This document shows, piece by piece, positions 9,210-17,649 of a stretch of DNA of 48,240 nt (its first letter is position 1; each line of letters begins with the position of its first letter). Source of the stretch: Terriglobales bacterium (GTDB lineage: Bacteria > Acidobacteriota > Terriglobia > Terriglobales > Acidobacteriaceae); contig DATNAF010000086.1 in NCBI GenBank assembly GCA_035572845.1, positions 1 through 48,240 of the forward strand. Reading direction: 5' to 3'. Position numbers and translations under genes: made by a program. The notes below the pieces were generated by a model. The model had not been told where the DNA came from. It ran no database searches and was given only the letters and a program-made list of their open reading frames with translations.

Positions 9210-9588
9210 CTTCTTCCTCCTGCAACATTTTGTTGAGTTCGCCCTGCCAATCTTGCGGGCCTGTGAAGCTGCTATCTTTAGCGGGTTGAACCTGAGTCAT
9301 TGGCTGAAACTTCGCTGCATACAACTGTCCAGCCTGTGAACCCAGCGGCATCAGCACCAGCCGCATCCGCTCGTTCTCGTCCTTGACGCCAGCAAGTTCG
9401 ATACGCAAGGAGCGAATCTGCGTGTCTTTCTCGGCCAGCAGCGCAGCGAAATCCTCGCGCTGCTGTTTTAGTTCGGCCTCCAGGTGAGTGCGATAGGGAA
9501 AGAGCCAATTCAATGAACCAGCCCTCCATAGGTCCGCTCTATCGTCTGAAGGTTGCCGGATCCAACTTTCTCCTGCTCTTGCAAGCAA
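9148..9588 (-). CDS. Coiled-coil-like hypothetical protein; start uncertain
   Basis: ORF with a heptad-like E/L/K/R-rich core. An alternative TTG at 9516 has GGAGGG 8 nt upstream and would remove the overlap with the upstream ORF. Confidence 0.45.
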   Translation of the reverse strand: MLARAGESWIRQPSDDRADLWRAGSLNWLFPYRTHLEAELKQQREDFAALLAEKDTQIRSLRIELAGVKDENERMRLVLMPLGSQAGQLYAAKFQPMTQVQPAKDSSFTGPQDWQGELNKMLQEEEDGIRSRGRIQEHKSGTDDGA

Positions 9589-9707
9589 TGCTCCACCCCA
9601 GCAGCCAACAGAAGCCGCACAACCTCGATCTGGTCGTCCTTCGTCATCCGATAGCGCGACATGATAGCGGCAGCCTTCATCACTTCGTTGTTGATGTCTA
9701 TTCCCAA
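9510..9707 (-). CDS. Small hypothetical protein (65 aa)
   Basis: ORF overlapping the TerL stop by 10 nt. Confidence 0.4.
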   Translation of the reverse strand: MGIDINNEVMKAAAIMSRYRMTKDDQIEVVRLLLAAGVEHCLQEQEKVGSGNLQTIERTYGGLVH

Positions 9708-11266
9708 TGTGCTGGCCTCCGCTCTTCCGCCCGTCTCAATCGGCTGTCTCGTTCCATCGTCAGCTTGTACTGCAATAGGCTGCGTTCAGCGATACTGTTC
9801 GTCGCCGCCAACTTATCGCGGTCTGTCTCTTCCTGCGTCTTGCTCTGTGTATACGCACAGAAGCTCATCGCCAGCGTATCTCCCAAATCGGGAGAAGCCA
9901 GCCCGCGCTTCTTCATATCTTCCTTCTTCTCAAGCTGAATCTGGTTCTTGGCTGAGAAGTAATACTCCGGTCCCGTTAGATCAGACTCCAGTTCAGGGTC
10001 GTCTGGAATCTGCGCAGTCGCCAGCCAATCCCGCATCGCGCCCCACATGTTAGCGCGGTAGTTGAAGTACATGAACGCATCGTTCGGAGCTGCGCCGCCG
10101 TGAAACTCCATCAGTCGCCGTGCAGGGTTGGCGTTGAACCAAGCCGTCATGTACTCGCGGACGTAATCGACTACACCACCGCCTACGCCGTCGCCATCAA
10201 TCACAGTGGTGCGCGGATCGTGCTCTTTCATTCGCTGCATGACGCGGTTGGCTGTCTGAACCGTGCTCAACTCGCGTAATTTATCGAGGATCGTGAACTT
10301 TGGCCCCTGGCGAATTCCGATGATCGTCTGGTCATCGCCGAACCGCGCCACATCGCAAATCAGTATCTTCCAGTGCGATTCATACTTCTCAGGTGCAAGC
10401 TTTCGGTTCCTTGCCGCTGAGACTACATCCCCAGCAATAAACTGAGTGCTGCCCGCTCTAGGAAACTCACCTCTGACTCGTACACGAACGAAGTCTGAGT
10501 CTTCGCCGTAGTCGGCAACCCACTTGTCGAGCTGGACCTTGTTTGTCCCTTCGATTCCTCGACTGTCAATCTGGCAGGTCCGCCAGCGGTGCTTGTATCG
10601 TCCAAAACATTCTCGGAAGCGTCCGGCGTTCTTTGTGGGGTTACCAAAAGCAATCCAGATGATCTCCGTGCCTTCGTCTGTCAGCGCTCCTTCAGTGACT
10701 TCCCAGATGGAGTCTGCGATGGCGCTCGCTTCATCGTAGATAACGACGATCCGCTTACCTTTGTTGTGCAAGCCAGCGAAAGCTTCGGTATTGTTTTCAC
10801 TCCAAGGAATGCGATCAATTCGCCACTGCCTTTCATGCGCTTTCTCTTTGACTGAAATCGTCGTAGCGCCAATGTTCCACCAGTGCGAAGTAATCGCCAG
10901 CCGTGTCCACTTACAAATCTCAGGCCAAGTCTTTGTTGCGAGCTGGCTCTCAGTATTCGCCGTCACAACGATCCGGCAGTCTTCGCAAGTGTCCTTTGCC
11001 CAACTGCACACCATCGCAATCAGAGCCGTCTTGCCAATTCCGTGGCCAGACGATACCGCCAGTTCCAATGGGGTGAACCTGGAGTCTGACTTCAGGTGTT
11101 CGCCGATAACGGAAAGAATCTCGCGCTGCCACTGTCGCGGTCCGGCCGCGTCCTCTAGTTCACCTTCCAGCCAAGGGAAAGCATAGCGTGTATATCCAAG
11201 GGGGTCAGCGGAAAAATTTCCGATATCTTGGATCAGCTCTTGTTCAGGCGTTGCGCTTGCGAGCAC
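9698..11266 (-). CDS. terL: Terminase large subunit
   Basis: Walker A-like GHGIGKTA and Walker B-like IVVIYDEAS. Size and position after TerS fit. GTG start with GGAGG 9 nt upstream. Confidence 0.9.
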   Translation of the reverse strand: MLASATPEQELIQDIGNFSADPLGYTRYAFPWLEGELEDAAGPRQWQREILSVIGEHLKSDSRFTPLELAVSSGHGIGKTALIAMVCSWAKDTCEDCRIVVTANTESQLATKTWPEICKWTRLAITSHWWNIGATTISVKEKAHERQWRIDRIPWSENNTEAFAGLHNKGKRIVVIYDEASAIADSIWEVTEGALTDEGTEIIWIAFGNPTKNAGRFRECFGRYKHRWRTCQIDSRGIEGTNKVQLDKWVADYGEDSDFVRVRVRGEFPRAGSTQFIAGDVVSAARNRKLAPEKYESHWKILICDVARFGDDQTIIGIRQGPKFTILDKLRELSTVQTANRVMQRMKEHDPRTTVIDGDGVGGGVVDYVREYMTAWFNANPARRLMEFHGGAAPNDAFMYFNYRANMWGAMRDWLATAQIPDDPELESDLTGPEYYFSAKNQIQLEKKEDMKKRGLASPDLGDTLAMSFCAYTQSKTQEETDRDKLAATNSIAERSLLQYKLTMERDSRLRRAEERRPAHWE

Positions 11267-11774
11267 GGCTGATAGCCTCCGCCAGTGATTCCAGGCCAGA
11301 CACTTCGACCTTATCCTTGTAGAGCGAGTGGTATCGCATCAGCTTGTCTAGTGCTGCACCCTTGTCCGCTAACTTCACCTTTTTTAGCGTGCCGATGATT
11401 GACTTCTGCTCGCCTTCGCCTGCGTCCCATATATCTGAAACTTCCAGTCCAGCAATACAAGCCGCAGAATCGTCATCGAGCTTATCGATCTGCTTTAGTG
11501 AGCCATCGGGCTCAAATAGATTTCTAACGTCAAGGAACGCTAAGCGACCGACCTCGTTCAGCGTTCTTTCGACCGATATGTCGAGCTTCGTCATGATTTT
11601 TTCGGTCTTTTTGCTGATAACTTCAGCCACCTTGACATTTACCAGCAAGCGCGCAGCTTGCGTATCAGCAGTCTTCTTGCTGTAACCTGCTGATATTGCA
11701 GCCTTTGTCGCGTTCAATCCATTAGCGAGATATTCCGCGATGAATCTTTTCTGTTTAGGGGATAAATCCGACAT
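11244..11774 (-). CDS. terS: Terminase small subunit (Terminase_2-like)
   Basis: LSPKQKRFIAEYLANGLNATKAAISAGYSKKTADTQAARLLVNVKV matches the characteristic TerS N-terminal HTH. ATG at 11774; an alternative GTG lies at 11783. Confidence 0.9.
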   Translation of the reverse strand: MSDLSPKQKRFIAEYLANGLNATKAAISAGYSKKTADTQAARLLVNVKVAEVISKKTEKIMTKLDISVERTLNEVGRLAFLDVRNLFEPDGSLKQIDKLDDDSAACIAGLEVSDIWDAGEGEQKSIIGTLKKVKLADKGAALDKLMRYHSLYKDKVEVSGLESLAEAISRARKRNA

Positions 11775-11823
11775 TGGCGTCACGCTTGGGGCCAGTCTGG
11801 GAACATCAATTTCCCTCCGTTGA

Positions 11824-11880
11824 AAATAATTTGATTATTTGCAAAATAGCCATTGACGCATAAGCCTTATGTGCTAATCT
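11824..11880 (+). promoter_or_regulatory. Palindromic operator-like site plus candidate sigma70-type promoter for the plus-strand cassette
   Basis: AAATAAT-ttg-ATTATTT inverted repeat at 11824-11840. TTGACG at 11853-11858, a 16-nt spacer, then TAATCT at 11875-11880. Confidence 0.35.
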
Positions 11881-11922
11881 ATATAAGTAGTCGAGAGGCA
11901 ATCAGCCTTAGAGGAGATCAAA

Positions 11923-12093
11923 ATGAGCCAATACAAAGTAAGCGCCTTGAACCTCAACGATGTACTAGTGATTCAAAAAATATCGGCTAGCAGCGCAAAT
12001 GCGGCTGCGCAAATCGTGGTGCGGAAGAATAAATATCTCAGGGTGCAGGCCGTAGAAAAAATTCCTGCAACCACTCAATATTTTGCTGGATAA
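11923..12093 (+). CDS. Small hypothetical protein (56 aa), not in the ORF track
   Basis: GAGGAG RBS 7 nt upstream of the ATG. AT-rich codons. Confidence 0.5.
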   Translation: MSQYKVSALNLNDVLVIQKISASSANAAAQIVVRKNKYLRVQAVEKIPATTQYFAG

Positions 12094-12138
12094 TTTGAAA
12101 TCAGCGCAATGTCCCGAAAATCAATTGGAGGATAGAAA

Positions 12139-12375
12139 ATGAAAATTGAAATCGCCAGCATCAATAGCCAGGATATTGAAAAGTTCGCTGCCCAGCAGGG
12201 AATCACGGAAGCCGAGTTCCTAGGCTCGAACGGAGAGCCGAGCGGCACCACCGGGCGGAGCTACTACCGCGTGGGGGATCAGCTCGTGGCAACCACGAAT
12301 GGGGATCCGATCTGGGAAGCCAATGATTCGGCAGAATTTCACCAGGCGGCTGAAGAAGATGGAGTGAAGCTCTAA
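12139..12375 (+). CDS. Small hypothetical protein (78 aa)
   Basis: GGAGGA RBS upstream of the ATG. Plus-strand cassette. Confidence 0.6.
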   Translation: MKIEIASINSQDIEKFAAQQGITEAEFLGSNGEPSGTTGRSYYRVGDQLVATTNGDPIWEANDSAEFHQAAEEDGVKL

Positions 12376-12382
12376 AGCCCCT

Positions 12383-12571
12383 ATGAAATCTCCCAAAAAA
12401 TGCACCACCGAAGAGCTCCGTCCCTACGCGAGCGAGTATCAGCGGCGTGTACGGCTAGGCAAGCAAGGGCCGCCGAAGGTGATTCATCATTGCCCAAAGT
12501 GCGGCCGCGAGTTTGGTGCGCGCGAATTGCGTAAACATACGCCAATTTGCCAGCCTAGCGCTCCGGGGTAG
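12383..12571 (+). CDS. Small zinc-finger-like protein (62 aa)
   Basis: CPKCGREFGARELRKHTPIC follows a C-x2-C...H-x4-C pattern. Converges on and overlaps the 12555..12812 gene by 17 nt. Confidence 0.5.
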   Translation: MKSPKKCTTEELRPYASEYQRRVRLGKQGPPKVIHHCPKCGREFGARELRKHTPICQPSAPG

Positions 12572-12812
12572 TGATCCCGCGCCCAAGCGGCCGAGGGATA
12601 CGCCAGTCGTACTCCTCGTGGGTCCGGCAGTATTCCTCCCACATCAAATCATGTTCCGCGATATGCTCACGCGCCCAACGCACCATAGGCGTCATCATCT
12701 TTGCGAGGTACTTGGTGCAAGCAATAATGGCCGCTGGCGTGAGCAGCGCCATCAAGTGCGGCGATATCCAGCCCCAGAGTTGCGGTAAGAGGTCTTGCTG
12801 GCCCGGTTGCAT
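12555..12812 (-). CDS. Small membrane protein (one hydrophobic helix)
   Basis: LMALLTPAAIIACTKYLA hydrophobic segment. Part of the small-gene cluster upstream of the terminase. Confidence 0.45.
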   Translation of the reverse strand: MQPGQQDLLPQLWGWISPHLMALLTPAAIIACTKYLAKMMTPMVRWAREHIAEHDLMWEEYCRTHEEYDWRIPRPLGRGITTPER

Positions 12813-12814
12813 TA

Positions 12815-13072
12815 CTACGGAGCATCCGGCGCGCTCAAGGGCGTCTGGTTGGGCAAAAGAGCAAGGATCGAGTCTGCCGTGATGGGCACAGCAGCAGCAG
12901 CGTTGTACCCTACGATGGCTTTGCCTACATACTTTGCCAGCAAATTCAGGATGGCTTCAGCGAGCGCGGCGGGAACGGCCACGCCAGGGGCCAACGCTGC
13001 GATGGATTCGAGAATCTCATCACCGATAGCCTGTCCCTCGGTGATTGCGGTTGCTACATCGGTCGAACTCAT
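12815..13072 (-). CDS. Small Ala-rich hypothetical protein
   Basis: ATG at 13072 with GGAGG upstream, sharing one nt with the upstream TAA. Confidence 0.45.
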   Translation of the reverse strand: MSSTDVATAITEGQAIGDEILESIAALAPGVAVPAALAEAILNLLAKYVGKAIVGYNAAAAVPITADSILALLPNQTPLSAPDAP

Positions 13073-13431
13073 TATTTGCCTCCGCAAACAGCAGGATTCG
13101 TAATCAGGGACTGCACCTTAACCACGACGGGCGCGAGTTGCAGGAGCGATGCGGAGACAACAGCAGTTTCAGCCGTGAGATCGCCCTTCGCTACGCGCAC
13201 TTTGTCATAGACCTGCAACGCATCGACCGCAGCCGTCTGAATGCCCTTGGCGTCGTTGATGATCGCGTAAGAGCAGGCATTGTGAGGGATTGTGCGGGCT
13301 TCGTAGTCCGCTTGTGCTGTATCAATCGCGGCCTTGGATGCAGAGAGCGTCTGGAAGCTGGTTCGTTCGAAGTCGGTACAGCCCAACACGCAAAAGGCGA
13401 GCAGCGTAATGGCGAGGGTGCGGGTTTTCAT
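13072..13431 (-). CDS. Lipoprotein (lipobox LLAFCVLGC)
   Basis: N-terminal MKTRTLAITLLAFCVLG-C signal/lipobox. Candidate outer-spanin-like or exclusion lipoprotein; this is inference only. Confidence 0.6.
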   Translation of the reverse strand: MKTRTLAITLLAFCVLGCTDFERTSFQTLSASKAAIDTAQADYEARTIPHNACSYAIINDAKGIQTAAVDALQVYDKVRVAKGDLTAETAVVSASLLQLAPVVVKVQSLITNPAVCGGK

Positions 13432-13637
13432 TGGGTTACTCCTGCTTTTGGCGTGAGCCCAGCGATGGGCCGGATATTCAAAAGTTGGTGGCTGAAGTCA
13501 AACATATGGTCGTAGAAGTTGTAGGCGACACCTTTTTCGGGGAGGGTCACAATAAAGGCCGTCACAACATACCAAAGGCCGTATCCGATGCTGAAGCGAT
13601 GATCGTAGACCGTTTGCCAGAATGCCGATAGATCCAA
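13428..13637 (-). CDS. Small membrane protein, holin-like candidate
   Basis: TTG start with AGGAGG 6 nt upstream. Hydrophobic IGYGLWYVVTAFIVTL. ATGA-type overlap with the lipoprotein gene. Confidence 0.45.
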   Translation of the reverse strand: MDLSAFWQTVYDHRFSIGYGLWYVVTAFIVTLPEKGVAYNFYDHMFDFSHQLLNIRPIAGLTPKAGVTQ

Positions 13638-13670
13638 TTACCGCCTCCTAGAGATGGGATCACCTCTTTC

Positions 13671-13751
13671 CTAGCTGTGCTTCCTGTTGTGCCAGTAGTC
13701 CCATAGCATAACCAACGCTATGCAAATCAGTAACTTGATATCGAAACTCAC
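13671..13751 (-). CDS. Possible 26-aa hydrophobic peptide
   Basis: GTG with GGAG 7 nt upstream. SFDIKLLICIALVMLWDYW... Very short, so weak support. Confidence 0.2.
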   Translation of the reverse strand: MSFDIKLLICIALVMLWDYWHNRKHS

Positions 13752-13762
13752 ATAAGGCTCCG

Positions 13763-13789
13763 AAAAAGCGGCCGCCATCGCTGACGGCC
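13763..13789 (-). terminator. Candidate intrinsic terminator at the end of the early/middle operon
   Basis: On the minus strand, GGCCG-(10 nt)-CGGCC followed by GCTTTTT. The stem is short. Confidence 0.35.
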
Positions 13790-13824
13790 AATCTGCCTTG
13801 GTTCTCTCTGGTTAGGAGAGCTTG

Positions 13825-14124
13825 TTATGCGGCCCTCAGGTAAGGCTGCCAGCCCATCACCAGCGCCACCGCAGATCTGTTGCCCATCGCCGCCTGCTCA
13901 ATCACACGCGGCCCCATTGAACATGAGCGATCCCGCAACTTGGCGAAAGCGCTATCCACAAGCATGATGATCGACTTGTAGCGGTTGTTCACCCACTTGG
14001 CGAAGCCACAATCCACCTGATATTGCGCTCCAACACGGTCGATCCGGCACGCAGGCATCCCGTTGGTTCGGGTTCCCTTGGCAAACACAGCTACTTCCTG
14101 TTCTGGAGAGACAAGTATGCTCAT
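13825..14124 (-). CDS. Hypothetical protein, last gene before the terminator (possible late regulator, inference only)
   Basis: ATG at 14124 (MSILVSPEQE...). The upstream extension in the track looks non-coding. No clear RBS. Confidence 0.4.
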   Translation of the reverse strand: MSILVSPEQEVAVFAKGTRTNGMPACRIDRVGAQYQVDCGFAKWVNNRYKSIIMLVDSAFAKLRDRSCSMGPRVIEQAAMGNRSAVALVMGWQPYLRAA

Positions 14125-14222
14125 AGTTTTGTGGGTTGCAGTCCTAGCGTCGGGACGCTTCGACAAGTCCGGGGAGGGCTTGGTGCTATGGTGGCACAAA
14201 CAAAGAAAATTAAACAGGCAAA

Positions 14223-14459
14223 TCAGCCTTTATGCTTCGCTTGTGGTGCAACTTCTTCGACATATCTCAGAATCTTCCACGCTGGGACATCCATAGCCTC
14301 CGCAGCTTTGAGAAAAACTCCCAGATGCGCTCCGTCCGGGTGCTTTTCCAAGCGCACGACCGTGTTCCGATGCACGTCCATCAATTCCGACAGCTTCTCC
14401 TGACTCAACTTCTTGTTGCGCCGTAAAGACACGAGCACCCTGGACAGGTTCCTTCCCAC
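14223..14459 (-). CDS. XRE-family helix-turn-helix transcriptional regulator
   Basis: LRRNKKLSQEKLSELMDVHRNTVVRLEK is a typical HTH_3 motif. GTG at 14459 with GGGAGGGAAG upstream, 2 nt after the upstream stop. Confidence 0.75.
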   Translation of the reverse strand: MGRNLSRVLVSLRRNKKLSQEKLSELMDVHRNTVVRLEKHPDGAHLGVFLKAAEAMDVPAWKILRYVEEVAPQAKHKG

Positions 14460-14461
14460 CC

Positions 14462-14929
14462 TTACTTCCCTCCCAGAGCTTCGATGCGGATGCAATGTTT
14501 CTTGCCGTCTTCCGAGGTCATCAGGAAGCGTGTCTTATCGGCACAGGTCGGGCGGGTGCGGCGGTATAGTCCTTCATCCAGACGTGATAGCTTGTCAACT
14601 TCAAGCCATACACACCTGCCCCCATCACAAACCTCGGTACCCAACGATCCATATTCCTCCATGATTGGAGGCACGTCACTAGGCGAGGGCATTCTGGCGG
14701 TCATTTGAAACATAAACATCGCGGCGATAAATATCAGATTCATCTCTTCTCCTTGGTTGGTGGTCCGGGTAAAGGACGCCAGTGGGTTACGTTCCTTGAT
14801 CTCAATCCAGCCGTCACCTTCGGACTCTACGGCGGATATGGCGTCAACAAGTCTATGCCATCTGGGTGGCTCATTATTTGAGCAATATGCTCTCGCCGCC
14901 TCCACCAAATCCTTCACGCTATTTGTCAT
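14462..14929 (-). CDS. Hypothetical protein with a second in-frame RBS/ATG preceding a signal-like hydrophobic segment
   Basis: ATG at 14929 preceded by AAGGAGG. The internal ATG (MNLIFIAAMFMFQMTA...) is preceded by AAGGAGAAGAG. Confidence 0.5.
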   Translation of the reverse strand: MTNSVKDLVEAARAYCSNNEPPRWHRLVDAISAVESEGDGWIEIKERNPLASFTRTTNQGEEMNLIFIAAMFMFQMTARMPSPSDVPPIMEEYGSLGTEVCDGGRCVWLEVDKLSRLDEGLYRRTRPTCADKTRFLMTSEDGKKHCIRIEALGGK

Positions 14930-15245
14930 CGACTGCCTCCTTGGTTGATGGTGGAGTGTAGGGTGCCAGTTTGATTGCACGGATTCTTTGAGCGGCGGGA
15001 TCAGGTGCCATTTCTGCGAACGCCTCCAGCACAATCTTTTGGCATCGCTCCCACACCTTCTCCGGCGCCGCCGATACCTGCTGCTCGGCGAGGAGTTGGC
15101 GCTCACGATTATCTAAGACTTCCTCCGCCAGATTGGTCTTTTCTATTGAGTCCAATTCGTCAATCCGAGAAATTCTTTCTTCAATGTCGGCGTCCAGCGG
15201 CGGCAACTCTCCCACCTTCGGCTGCTCAACTTTCTCTTCGCTCAT
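14919..15245 (-). CDS. Acidic hypothetical protein (108 aa)
   Basis: ATGA overlap with the upstream gene. Confidence 0.5.
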   Translation of the reverse strand: MSEEKVEQPKVGELPPLDADIEERISRIDELDSIEKTNLAEEVLDNRERQLLAEQQVSAAPEKVWERCQKIVLEAFAEMAPDPAAQRIRAIKLAPYTPPSTKEAVDDK

Positions 15246-16018
15246 TTCGATCCTTTCGCTGCGTTCCAGGATGCTCTAGCGCAACTTATATAGTCGGCGA
15301 ACCCAATCGTCCTAATGGGCTGATAATTAGCCCACCACTCCTCGAACGTCTGCTTTGTGTTGATAGAGGATGAGCCAGGCTGAAACTTCTCTCTAATTTC
15401 GGTTGCCATCACCTTCAGCAACCGCACACCATAGTCGTGCTTCGGCTCTTCTACCACGATGGGCATCAGACATTCCGATTCGCTTTCGACGTACACCGCG
15501 ATGCTTTCAACCAAATCCGCCGGGGTAGATGGAGTGGGCTTCGGCTCGGCCCATATGAGCTTCTGCCTCGCTTCAATGGCGTCATCTAAAGACTTCTTGG
15601 CGTCAAGTTGCCCGCAGTTCCAGCCAAAGCGCGCACCCGCAATATACTGGCGATCTGCCATAATTGCATTCCGTGTCTCATCTTTGTCCTCTACGGGAAG
15701 AGATTCAACCTCTTCGGGTGCTTGCACGGTAGAGGATTCACATAGGCCGTTTGGCGAGTGAAAGCATGTGGCCACCATCCCAAAGGGAAGCGAACACCCG
15801 CACCACTTACATTGCTCTTCCACGGCTGGGGGCAGCTTAGAGGCTGCGTCGGCCCATGCCCTAGATTCACTATCGTAGCCGCGTCCTGAACCTTGCCCCA
15901 GAAATGAACCGCCGCATGGCGTACTCCACACCTCCGTAACCATCATGTGCCCGTTGTAGGTAACATAGGCGTCTGGATGCACAGCCAACACCTTCTGCTT
16001 GTCAGTCATCGGTTTCAT
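15242..16018 (-). CDS. Hypothetical protein (258 aa)
   Basis: ATG preceded by GAGGAGAAG. Confidence 0.55.
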   Translation of the reverse strand: MKPMTDKQKVLAVHPDAYVTYNGHMMVTEVWSTPCGGSFLGQGSGRGYDSESRAWADAASKLPPAVEEQCKWCGCSLPFGMVATCFHSPNGLCESSTVQAPEEVESLPVEDKDETRNAIMADRQYIAGARFGWNCGQLDAKKSLDDAIEARQKLIWAEPKPTPSTPADLVESIAVYVESESECLMPIVVEEPKHDYGVRLLKVMATEIREKFQPGSSSINTKQTFEEWWANYQPIRTIGFADYISCARASWNAAKGSK

Positions 16019-16307
16019 CGTCTTCTCCTCGCAGCCATAAAGCCGCGCTATCGTCTGTGTCTGGCAGAAACATGTAAATCGGCAGATCTACCTTTTCGTA
16101 GTAGCTTCCATCCTGAATCGCATCGCGCATGTTCTTTGTGACGCCCGCGCCGCGCAGTTCTAAGCCGTCGTACAACGCATAATGGCCGATACCTTCGGGA
16201 ACTTCACCGATAGTCAGCACTACCTGCCATCCTCCGTTGGCCCTTTGCTTACGCAAATGCTTCGCGAGGATTTCAATTTCTGTCTCTGTGGTTGGGTTAG
16301 GTTTCAT
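16002..16307 (-). CDS. Hypothetical protein (101 aa)
   Basis: The start lies inside the repeated junction motif GAGGCTCACGATGAAACCTAAC. Confidence 0.5.
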   Translation of the reverse strand: MKPNPTTETEIEILAKHLRKQRANGGWQVVLTIGEVPEGIGHYALYDGLELRGAGVTKNMRDAIQDGSYYEKVDLPIYMFLPDTDDSAALWLRGEDDETDD

Positions 16308-16491
16308 CGTGAGCCTCGCGTGCCTTGCTATTCACGTCGGAGATAAGCGCAGCCATAGACCGCGACAGCGCCTCGGCCATCACCGCATGATCGCGTGTTA
16401 CTCCTTGCGTGCAAATCATGCGATCGAGATATTCGACCAACTCCTCATTCGACCACCAGGCTATCGGTTTACCCTCAATCTCTATGCTCAT
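16297..16491 (-). CDS. Hypothetical protein (64 aa)
   Basis: ORF with an ATGA overlap to the upstream micro-ORF. Confidence 0.45.
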   Translation of the reverse strand: MSIEIEGKPIAWWSNEELVEYLDRMICTQGVTRDHAVMAEALSRSMAALISDVNSKAREAHDET

Positions 16492-16531
16492 CGCTCCCTC
16501 TCCGTCATCGCTGCGCTCTCTCCGTTAGGTT

Positions 16532-16630
16532 TCATCGTGAGCCTCCAGCAATCGAGTACATAGCTTTGAGCCTGTCCGGGAACGCCTTGCGGAACTCGTC
16601 GTTTGGGTCATCCATTGGGCGCATCGTCAT
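16532..16630 (-). CDS. Possible 32-aa micro-ORF
   Basis: ATGA overlaps at both ends (MTMRPMDDPNDEFRKAFPDRLKAMYSIAGGSR). It could be only a translational-coupling relay. Confidence 0.25.
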   Translation of the reverse strand: MTMRPMDDPNDEFRKAFPDRLKAMYSIAGGSR

Positions 16631-17280
16631 CGCTGCGCTCCAACTGGCTTGAAACTGACAGCCCACACCCACGGGTTGGCATTTGAAGATTTATCGCCGT
16701 TGATCGAATCCCAGAGCGACATGAACGAAGCGGCTGCGATAGAGTGATTCATCGCGAACGGCGCTCCCGGTTTGAGTCGGTAGTTCTTCCAAGGCGTAAG
16801 ACATGCTGGAGCATCGCTTAGCAGCTCCACTCCCTCAGCCCTCGCATCCTCTTCGCTGATTTCCTGCAACCGCTGCACACGCACCTTAGTAACCTCCAAC
16901 GTGATGCGCGAGGCCCAGCGAGGCATGAAGAGTGGAGTTACCCAATTACCTATTTTCGCGGCAGCTTTCGGGAGCACGTACTCAGTCGGAGCTTCTCCTG
17001 CCATTCGCTCAGATCCATCTGCGGCATAGACCAGATGCACGGCAGTATCGTGCCAAGTTCCAGTCCACGTCTCGCGCACCCACAGCCGGTCTCCAGGCTT
17101 ACCGTAGGCACAACGGTAAGGCAAACCACTCTCCCACTTCGGACCTGCTACATGGTGCATAAAAACACCGTCAATAATGCACGGCTGCGGCTTCACTATC
17201 CTCCGCGTCTGCGTCTTCCGGCCCTCAAGGATGGCCCGCACCATCGGCGCACTAAACAATATCGGTCGCTCTTTCGTCAT
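16627..17280 (-). CDS. ASCH-like (PUA-fold) domain protein
   Basis: ILFSAPMVRAILEGRKTQTRR...PGDRLWVRETW is the pattern I associate with prophage ASCH-domain proteins. ATG at 17280 preceded by GGAGAGAG. Confidence 0.55.
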   Translation of the reverse strand: MTKERPILFSAPMVRAILEGRKTQTRRIVKPQPCIIDGVFMHHVAGPKWESGLPYRCAYGKPGDRLWVRETWTGTWHDTAVHLVYAADGSERMAGEAPTEYVLPKAAAKIGNWVTPLFMPRWASRITLEVTKVRVQRLQEISEEDARAEGVELLSDAPACLTPWKNYRLKPGAPFAMNHSIAAASFMSLWDSINGDKSSNANPWVWAVSFKPVGAQR

Positions 17281-17309
17281 CGCTGCGCTCTCTCCATGCT
17301 CTGGGTGGG

Positions 17310-17627
17310 TCATGGCTTAGCCTCGGCTTTAGCAATGGCAGAGTGGGCATGACCGATAAACTTTGCATCACATGAAGTGGTGCATTGACGGGCATATGCC
17401 TCTTGTTCTTCGCGTGTTTCACCGAATAGCGCGAGACATTCCTTGAGTGCTTCTAGGAGTTCAGGAGCGGCGGCGATAAGACGGGCATAGCGAGCCACTT
17501 CATCAGAATCACGTCTACACCCATCCCCGTTGATATAGTGGCAAGTTACTATGAGCGCATTCTCTGAATCCCGAACCTTTGCACACTCGCCAATAACTGC
17601 GGTCCAAGGTAAATTCTCGATTTCCAT
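17310..17627 (-). CDS. Hypothetical protein
   Basis: ATG at 17627 preceded by GAAGGAG. Confidence 0.5.
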   Translation of the reverse strand: MEIENLPWTAVIGECAKVRDSENALIVTCHYINGDGCRRDSDEVARYARLIAAAPELLEALKECLALFGETREEQEAYARQCTTSCDAKFIGHAHSAIAKAEAKP

Positions 17628-17649
17628 ACCATTCTCCACTCCTTCTGCG

